Source of the DNA: Candidatus Woesearchaeota archaeon
GTDB lineage: Archaea; Nanobdellota; Nanobdellia; Woesearchaeales; BM511
Length of the DNA: 41,905 bases
Direction: 5' to 3'
Assembly: GCA_023266675.1 (NCBI GenBank)
Contig: JAHFPP010000004.1
Span: 1-41,905 of the forward strand
A program made the translations under genes and the position numbers. Each line of letters opens with the position of its first letter. Within the stretch, counting starts at the first letter, position 1. Positions 27,895-36,000 of this stretch are shown in pieces. Under the pieces are notes generated by a model. That model was not told the origin of the DNA. It made no database searches and saw only the letters and a list, made by a program, of their open reading frames with translations.

Positions 27895-28550
27895 TTTAAT
27901 TTTTCCTGTTTTTCTTGTTCTTTTCGTTTATTGTTATATTTCTTGGCTTCTGTCTTTAAATATTTTACTTCTATAAAAGCCTTTATCTGTTTTATGCATT
28001 CATAAAAGTCTTTTTTATCAAGTTTAAAATAATGGTTTAATAAGTCTTTCTCATTTTTTGATATCCATGGCATCTGGTAACTCGGGTCAATAAAAAGTAT
28101 CTCGTCACCTTTTGATTTGTATCCAACAAAAAGCAATACATGTTTGACATCAGACCTATGTATGTCACCAAAGTCTAATTGATATTCATTTTTATAATGT
28201 TTTCTTGTAAAATCAAGCACTTTTAACCAAAAAAATACTGGTATTGGAATGTTATTGCTTAAGTTTTTATGGATGTCTTGAATACTCTCAAATTTCCTTA
28301 CAGAGAAGGAATAAGGCACTTCCTTTTGTTTCAGATAAGTATTGAATTTATTGAAAATGTATCTTTCATCTCTTATGCCTTCATGGTCGTAATCAAAAAT
28401 CACTTTTAGGTCATTAATATCTACTTTATTTATGTAACCAAGATGTTCAAGAATAGCTAGTATGGAGTTTAAACCACATGCCTGATATTCTTTGATATAG
28501 ATATCAGAATTTTTCAAATTTATTATAAATGAATCTTTTAAGGTTCCCAT
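27891..28550 (-). CDS. Papain-fold (C39-like) cysteine peptidase
   Basis: ACG...AIL helix, HVLLFVGY, FIDP: Cys-His-Asp triad pattern; no signal peptide. Confidence 0.75.
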   Translation of the reverse strand: MGTLKDSFIINLKNSDIYIKEYQACGLNSILAILEHLGYINKVDINDLKVIFDYDHEGIRDERYIFNKFNTYLKQKEVPYSFSVRKFESIQDIHKNLSNNIPIPVFFWLKVLDFTRKHYKNEYQLDFGDIHRSDVKHVLLFVGYKSKGDEILFIDPSYQMPWISKNEKDLLNHYFKLDKKDFYECIKQIKAFIEVKYLKTEAKKYNNKRKEQEKQEKLK

Positions 28551-28656
28551 ATCAAATACCTGTTAACACGCATATTTAAATGAAATCTGTAAAGAAACTT
28601 ATAAAGCTTGCTCTTTTTTAGAGAGTAATTGCTTTATCGTTAGGTTGATTCTTTAA

Positions 28657-29799
28657 TTAATTCACATGGCATTTCATCATGTCATAATAGCATTTTACAG
28701 CGTATTTTCTTGAAGTTGCTGTAACACATTGTTTTGGATGTTTTCCTTTCTCTTTTAGTCTGTTGAAAAACTTTGCTAAGTGTCCCTCTTTGTTATGACT
28801 TAGTTGCACGAGTGACAATAAATAAAAAGTGTGTCGCAATATCTTATCGCCTCTCTTTGTTATATAACAATTTTTGCTTAAGTTTTTACCTGATTGTTTC
28901 TCACTCACGTTTAATCCGCAGTAGCTTACAAATTTTTTATGATTTGGGAATCGCCTTATATCTCCAACCTCACCAATTATACAAGCCAAACTTACATCAT
29001 CATATCCAAACTCATTTAATAATCTGCTATAGGGACTTGACATGACGGCGACTTTGATTTTTGATTTGATATCCTCCATTGTCGCTTCATAGAAATTTAA
29101 TATCTTGATTGTTTGAACAAAGCAATCAGTAGGATATCCCTTGATACCTACACTTTTTTGTGCTAATTCCCTTATTTTAGGAATAAACTTTTTTTGAAGA
29201 AATGCCAGTTTTTTGTATTTAGAAGTTAAGGCTTCTTGCATTTCCTCATCTGTTAGTTTTGCTATTATCTCAGGGCTTGGATATCTTGTTAATAACCCTG
29301 TGATTGCTTTAGTTTTTGACAAGTGAAAATGTGTTTCAAGTTCAGGAAATATTATGTTTATCTGTCCTTTAAACATGTGCTTGTATTTACTAAGCTGAGA
29401 GCTCGTCTTATAATATAATCTTGCCAAATCCCTCATCTCATCTTCTTTAATAGGATTTATCTTTTTTAAACCAAACGATAAGTATTTTGAGATTAGCCTT
29501 GCATCTATCTTATCATTCTTCATATGGGTAAAATGCAGTTTAGCAAAAGTATGCATTTGGGCATTATCTACATAAATAACATTGTATTTCGTTTTGAAAT
29601 AATCATATATTGCTTTGCTGTAATTCCCTGTTGTCTCCATAGCAATAGTTGTGTCATAAGTTATGTTATGTTCTAATTCATCAAAACCCTCTTTTGTGTG
29701 AGCTATTTCAAATTCCTTGAAGATAGTCCTATCATCATTAAGTATACAAACCTGTGATTTATTTTTTGATACGTCTATTCCGCAAAACATTTTCTTCAA
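28657..29799 (-). mobile_element. IS110-family transposase/recombinase
   Basis: DEDD RuvC motifs (GIDVSK, METTG, KNDKIDA) and C-terminal GEVGDIRRF...YCGL...QSG; TTG start with a GGGAGG SD. Confidence 0.93.
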
Positions 29800-29815
29800 C
29801 CTCCCTTATAAAAAA

Positions 29816-29911
29816 GTAAAAAATGCAACCAGTTACACAAGGCTGATGTCGGGCACACGAAAAAAAACGAAGTCCCACCAGACACGACGTGCTTAATGGT
29901 TGCAGTTTTAC
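29816..29911 (-). ncRNA. Candidate IS110-associated structured RNA (bridge/seek RNA-like)
   Basis: Non-coding segment directly upstream of the transposase, closed by a TGCAACCA/TGGTTGCA stem with an internal CTGGTG/CATCAG stem. Confidence 0.45.
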
Positions 29912-29913
29912 AA

Positions 29914-30321
29914 TTAATTTACTCGATTAATCATCTTAAGAGACCCTTTTCTCCAATGGTCGATATTTACAAGCCAAAAATTTCTATGCACTCCACGAGC
30001 AGTTCTGCAATCAGGATTAGCACAATGAATTGTTATCTGATGGTCTTTCCTGATTCTTCTGATAGTGTTGCACATTGGGCAGACAACTTTCTCAATAATT
30101 AGCTCCTGATTGGTTTCGGCAATGTAGAAATAAGCTCCATCAACACCGCTTCTTTCTGATAAAAAATTCTTTGAAATAAGCTTTCTCAAAACTTTATGAA
30201 TCTTCATAGGGTCAGGTCTAATCTTCACAAGGTCTGCAAAATACAAACCCTTTGATGGACTGCTTTTAATTGCATCCAAAACTTCCAAATCAATTTCCTT
30301 ATATCTATCTTTTTTATCCAT
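29914..30321 (-). CDS. Putative wHTH plus Zn-ribbon protein
   Basis: N-terminal helix-turn-helix-like region; CPMC and CANPDC motifs; GGAGG SD. Confidence 0.7.
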   Translation of the reverse strand: MDKKDRYKEIDLEVLDAIKSSPSKGLYFADLVKIRPDPMKIHKVLRKLISKNFLSERSGVDGAYFYIAETNQELIIEKVVCPMCNTIRRIRKDHQITIHCANPDCRTARGVHRNFWLVNIDHWRKGSLKMINRVN

Positions 30322-30364
30322 TTTCTATCCCTCCAAAATGTTTTTCTAAAAAAGTCAGTTAATG

Positions 30365-31279
30365 TTAAGAGCCTATTATGGTGGGGGGCTTTTTTGACTT
30401 AGAAAAAGCCCCCATTCGTCGATAAGAGTTATTTTGATTAGAACTTTTCTGGGGGCTAATTTGCCCCCATTTCAATATTTTTTCTAAGTAATTCAAAAGA
30501 TATCTTTTCTCAATCGTTTTTCCTAAACTTCTATATTTCTGAACTAATTTTTTATCGCTTACAACAAAAAACCATTCATCATACTCTTTTTTCAAAAGAT
30601 TAACTTTCTTTATCAGTTCAGGTCTTTTCTTCTTGATAACTTTTCCAGTTTCAACTTCAACTGCAAATTTTCTTGAATTCAATTCAAAAACCAAATCAGG
30701 TTTCTTTGTAACAAACAAAGAAACCTGGACACCTTTACTTTCAAGAAAATTTGCTATATCAAAAACCACAAAACAGTGGTTTAGACTTTCATTAAATCTA
30801 GTTTTCAAAAGATATTTTTCTTTTTTGTTTGAGCTTAAGCTTTTATGTTCACTAATCCTGTAGCCTTTGGCTAACAGGTAATTCACTTCCTCAAGCTTAA
30901 GCTCTCTAAACCTGAAAAATCGTTTATCGGCATCCAAAGTGATTGTGATGTCTTTTCGTTTAGGAATAGCCGCAATTTGAGGCGTTTTCTCCGTTTTGCG
31001 GCTATCTTCAATTAGAGGTAATCTCTTTTCCGTTAAGGTATGTTCTTCAATTTGAGATAATACAATCGGTTTTGTAGCTTCTAAACTCTCAGATTTTCTT
31101 TTCGTTAAGGATTTTTTAACAAAATAGACAACTCCTAAAACGAGTAACCCCAAGATAATTAACCCAATGACTAAGAATTTTAGAACTTCACGGATTTCAT
31201 CAAAAACCGCTTTGTTTATACTTAAGGACAAAGCTATTGTAATTACAATGATGAGGTCTCTTGTGGAATTGTCAACCAT
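30365..31279 (-). CDS. Membrane-anchored protein with a PD-(D/E)xK-like nuclease domain
   Basis: N-terminal TM segments; KPDLVFELNSRKFAVEVETG motif. The ATG 31279 start is supported by the paralog at 25173. Confidence 0.72.
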   Translation of the reverse strand: MVDNSTRDLIIVITIALSLSINKAVFDEIREVLKFLVIGLIILGLLVLGVVYFVKKSLTKRKSESLEATKPIVLSQIEEHTLTEKRLPLIEDSRKTEKTPQIAAIPKRKDITITLDADKRFFRFRELKLEEVNYLLAKGYRISEHKSLSSNKKEKYLLKTRFNESLNHCFVVFDIANFLESKGVQVSLFVTKKPDLVFELNSRKFAVEVETGKVIKKKRPELIKKVNLLKKEYDEWFFVVSDKKLVQKYRSLGKTIEKRYLLNYLEKILKWGQISPQKSSNQNNSYRRMGAFSKSKKPPTIIGS

Positions 31280-31450
31280 TTTAGCCCGTAAACATAGACA
31301 TCCTCCATTCATAAACGAAACTCGGAGAATGTATATCAGAACGAATACGGGTTTAGGGCTAGTTTAAAAAGAAGGTATTAATTTCGTAATGACGTTAGAA
31401 TTTGTCAATATCTCGACTAACTTATTCTTTTATCTCTTTTTTTAAAAAAT

Positions 31451-31738
31451 TCAAGGAATTCGTGCGTTAGTCAATAAATCCCTTAATTTATCTAACCCTT
31501 TTTTGATTTTTTGTGCTATTTTTGAATTTGGAAAATACTCTTCCAAATAATATGAAGTAATAACTAACAACATAAAAATCACGAAGAGTAGAGTTATTGG
31601 AACTATAAAATTTCCCCAAGTATCCCATTCTCTATAAATTATTTTATGTAAACTGAAAATAATCCCAGATAGAACTAACAAACAAAAAGGGATGATTATT
31701 GCCCGTTCTATTAGTGTTGGTAATAGGTCTTTTCTCAT
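31451..31738 (-). CDS. Putative immunity protein (2 TM)
   Basis: 95 aa with two TM helices, immediately downstream of the RHS core/toxin gene. Confidence 0.6.
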   Translation of the reverse strand: MRKDLLPTLIERAIIIPFCLLVLSGIIFSLHKIIYREWDTWGNFIVPITLLFVIFMLLVITSYYLEEYFPNSKIAQKIKKGLDKLRDLLTNARIP

Positions 31739-31790
31739 TATGCTCTAATTGTATAAGTTATTAATAAATCTATTTGAGTTTTTTCCTCGT

Positions 31791-33017
31791 CTATTTTCTT
31801 GAATCAGTAACTTTGCCTGTTTTTGTGTCCCTAGTATATCTGCCTGTTTCGCTTGATACAAAGCTTCCACCTGAATAATATCCTCTTTCTGAACCAGATG
31901 GGGTTGCATATGTAATACCATAACTATTTCTTTGTCTATTAGACGATGTTGATTGTGTAACCAACGAAGGATTGCTCTCTGTCACCTTATTTGAATTGTC
32001 CGATTGAGTTGGTGCATAACACATGTTAGGAGTTGGATTTTTTAAATTTACCACTACACTTGATTGTTCTTTATCTTTTAGAAATTTTGCTATCTCCTTT
32101 TGTTTTTCTATTGTGTCAACGAAAGTTTCTTTTAGTTGTTTTACTTCATCTTTTATATCATTAACTTTGCTATCCATAAAATTACTAACATCATTGCCAT
32201 ATAAAGAAACTGCTCGGGGTATTGCAGGTATGGTATAATCTGCTAATATTATCGACCCGTATATAAGTGCCATAAAAATGAAATAAGGAACAATGTGTCC
32301 AGTCGGGTCAGTATTTTTCACAGGATTATTATTTTCGAAGGCATAGCGGTTCAAATCCTGAGGATTGTAAACATTGGGAATCAATGTATCTGGTTGTTGG
32401 AATGGCGGTGTGCCAGCGATTCCTTGTTGTCTAAAATGATAATCTGTGCTTTTGATTAATGGGTCATACTCTTTAGCTTCATAATTATATCTTGATAAGT
32501 TACCGCCTGATTGTATGTCTCCAAACGGAGCATAAGCCGTGTTTTCAACTATTCCACCAGTTGAATTCGTGACGACAGTAGCTGACCCTTGATGGTCGGA
32601 CATTATGAAATATTTAGTGCTACCAGCAGAGCTATCTTCTTGTTGAGCAACTAATTGTCCATTGTGATAAACAAGAGTATAGTTATATTCTCCTGAATCA
32701 TTAATGAGTTTTACAAAATTCTGACTGCTGTAAATCAGCATCTGTTTTACAGAGCCGTTAGGATAGTATGTTTTCTTTACATGAACTCTCTCCTCTATAG
32801 GATGATAAAAATATTCAACAAGTAAAGTGCCTGACGAGTTACTGCCATTATACACTTTCCATAACTGATTATAAGAGTTGTATTCATGATAAAATCCGTC
32901 GCCACTTTCAAGATTTCCGTTAGGGTCCCATGTTAAATCATACTCAACAGAAAAGCAGATTGGCAGAGTTATGATTAGCAAAATCATGAAAATGCTAATT
33001 AGTTTGAGATTTTTCAT
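31791..33017 (-). CDS. Secreted RHS repeat-associated core protein with variable C-terminal (toxin-like) domain
   Basis: Signal peptide MKNLKLISIFMILLIITLPICFS; WDPNGNL, DHQGS, YAPFG, LNRYAFENNNPVKNTDPTGH. Confidence 0.9.
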   Translation of the reverse strand: MKNLKLISIFMILLIITLPICFSVEYDLTWDPNGNLESGDGFYHEYNSYNQLWKVYNGSNSSGTLLVEYFYHPIEERVHVKKTYYPNGSVKQMLIYSSQNFVKLINDSGEYNYTLVYHNGQLVAQQEDSSAGSTKYFIMSDHQGSATVVTNSTGGIVENTAYAPFGDIQSGGNLSRYNYEAKEYDPLIKSTDYHFRQQGIAGTPPFQQPDTLIPNVYNPQDLNRYAFENNNPVKNTDPTGHIVPYFIFMALIYGSIILADYTIPAIPRAVSLYGNDVSNFMDSKVNDIKDEVKQLKETFVDTIEKQKEIAKFLKDKEQSSVVVNLKNPTPNMCYAPTQSDNSNKVTESNPSLVTQSTSSNRQRNSYGITYATPSGSERGYYSGGSFVSSETGRYTRDTKTGKVTDSRK

Positions 33018-36000
33018 GATATCACCAATTCATTTTCTGTATCTGCATACTGGCTTGAATTGATTCTTGCTGTCGAGACATAAATACCACTTGAAGTATT
33101 CTGTTCTACAATAATGAAAGCATCATCAGAAGTGATGTTTATTGAATTAGTCGAGTTAATGCTATCCAACTGCCAATTAAAGACTTGAGATGAATTCAAA
33201 TGATTCCTTGCAACTATCTCAAAAACATTGCCAGTCAAAGCTTCAAATGAGCTTATCTGCAATGGCAAGACTGTAAAAAAGTCTGTCATAGTATCGACAT
33301 AAGATGATGCTTTTGCTCTGATTTCTGCTTTATTATTTCCTGAAACATTATATGAATTTTCAATGATTACAGCAACAGAATCACCATTGTTTACATCAAT
33401 TGTAACATTCACATCTGGATTAGTAAGATTCCAGCTTATGTTACCAGATTTCCAATTATTTTTAACATCAAACATAAGAACTTGGCTTGTATAATTATTC
33501 TCTAATCTAACATAATTCTCGATTGAAATTCCAGCTATCAAGAATCTCTCAATGTGTGATGAGCTTGTATCATTTGAGGTGAAATCAATTTCATAATCTT
33601 TTTGACCGTCAGAGGAATAATTTATTTCAGTTATTACTATTATATCTTCATTTGAACTTATGTTAAAGGAATTATTAAAAGTCTCATTATTTGTCGAGAT
33701 TTTAATATTCGTTGAAAGATTATTGTAGTAATTCTTAGCTGTAAATGCCATGACATATCGGCTTATATTTGAGTAAAGCACATCATAATCTTCAACTTCC
33801 AAGCCTCTAATCGTTAAGTCTTTGCTTATACTATCATTTCCATCTAAAGAAGTAACATTGCATTGGAAAGTCTTTTTACCTGGCGAGGAATAATAGTAAT
33901 CAATTAAATCTGATGAAGAACTATTACCCGATAAATTCATTGTCATGAAACTATAAATATTTTCGCTACAGTTCCAGTTAATGTTATTCGCCTGTTCTTT
34001 AACATCATTTCCAATAATCAGTTCAAACATTCTTCTTGTAATGTCTGAATAGAGAATGTCAAGTGCCTCTGCATTTGTCCCGAATTTAATATCCTTAGTC
34101 TCATAATCTGACAATCCATTTGCACTTGCTGTAAAGTTAACTGAATAATCTCCGCCGTGACTATAATTCTGCTCTACAAGAACAATAACACTATCTGTAA
34201 TATTCATATTATTAGATGTGAATGTCGGACTGCCATCACCAAAGTTAGTGCTAAAATTAGCGGTAATAGTGCTATTTTTTTCATTTATCAAATAGAACTC
34301 AAATACTCTATCTTTTGAGTTAGTGCTTAATTCATGAGGATTTTGTAAATCAACACTTGCACCACCTTCAATGATTTTACTTGGAGCGTGTGCAAGACCT
34401 GAATAAACAAGTTTCTTCGACTCATTATTTTTGAGAATCTTTTGCATATTTCCAATTGAATTATAGGAATAAGTGTAGGTATCGGTGCCAATTGTTGCAT
34501 TAACCAGTCTGTCTAATGAGTCGTAGCTCATCCTGTAAAGTTTCGGGGTTAGGCTATCATTAATTTGCACAATATTCCCAATAGAATCATATTGATAACC
34601 GAAATTCATCACACTCGGCACAGATATTGTTGTAAGCCTATTATTTTGCGGATTATAAGCAAAATTCATCGTCAAGCCATTTGAATACCCTCTGCTTGAA
34701 ATACTGCCAAATGCGTTAAAAGACGTATCTGTAATGTAATTTGGTATCTTCCTAACAAACTCTTGTTTATTGAAGATGTAATCCAGCTTGGAATAACCCT
34801 TATTTGTTACTAACTTATCTTGAGAATCATATTCAAAATTCTGCACAATAGGATAACCAAAAGTATTCTCAGTAATCTTAGAAATTCTTAATCTATCATC
34901 ATAAGTATAAGCAAAAGTTCTGTTGCCGATAGTAACATTTGAAAGAGTGCCATAAAACTGTTGGTCATAATCAAAAGAAGTATTGACTTTTGAACTAAGC
35001 TTTGACTTAATCCTATTCAAAGAATCATAGCTTTCAGTAATTGTACTATTTTTATTGTCAGTTTGAGAAATCAAGTTATTATTTGCATCGTATTGGTATG
35101 TCCATGTTCCCATGTCTGGGTCTATCATCTTTATCTTACGACCTAATGCATCATAAAAGAATTGGAAAACGTTGTTTTCATTGTCAGTGATTTTGATTAG
35201 ATTGTCGTTACTATCATACTGGTAAGAAGTCGTGTATGTTTCGTCTATTTGCGTGTATGGGTCTTTGTTGTATTCGTAAACCCTTGTTATCCTTCCATAC
35301 GCATCAATAGAATAAATATGTCTATGCCCATTTTCATCGTAATCTGTTATGTTATATTGATTAAAAGAGACGGTCTTATTACTTCCGTCTGTATTTTTTA
35401 CTAAAACAACTCTTGACAATGAGTCATAATTGTAAATTGTGATATTGTCTGTTGATGACTTGCTTGTCAATCCCGAATTATAATTTGCGAAGTAAGGGTT
35501 TTGTTCTGAACCAACTCTAAATTTAGAATCATAGAAAATGTTTTTGACAACTTCTTGACCGTTTTCTATTTCTTGTTTAATTTGAACGATGTTGCCAAAA
35601 CCATCATAAAAGAAGTTGGTGTTGTCTGTGTCGTTGGCTGTCGTTTTTTGTTTGACTGTGATTTTCTCAGGAGCAACGCCGTCAAATGAGTAAACATAAG
35701 TTTTTGTTGGCAAGAATGTTGAGTCGTATGGTTTGATTTCTTTCAAAATTCTGCCGAATGTGTCGTATGTGTAATAGGTTGTTATTCCGTTTGAAGTTGA
35801 TGATAAAAGATTTCCAGTGCCAGCGTCATAACTAAATGTTGATACATGCCCAAGTGGGTCAACAGTTGACTCGACAAAGATATTCAATTTATCATATTTG
35901 TATTTGTAAATGTTTCCAAGTGAATCTGTTTTTGAGATTAAATTCCCAAATGAATCATAATTGAAATAATTGTAAGTATCATTTCCAGATTCTAACCATT

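Noticed and set aside
33014..33017. RHS split as a sequencing frameshift
   Set aside because: The second ORF has its own signal peptide, and ~450 aa of non-RHS tail separate the two RHS parts.
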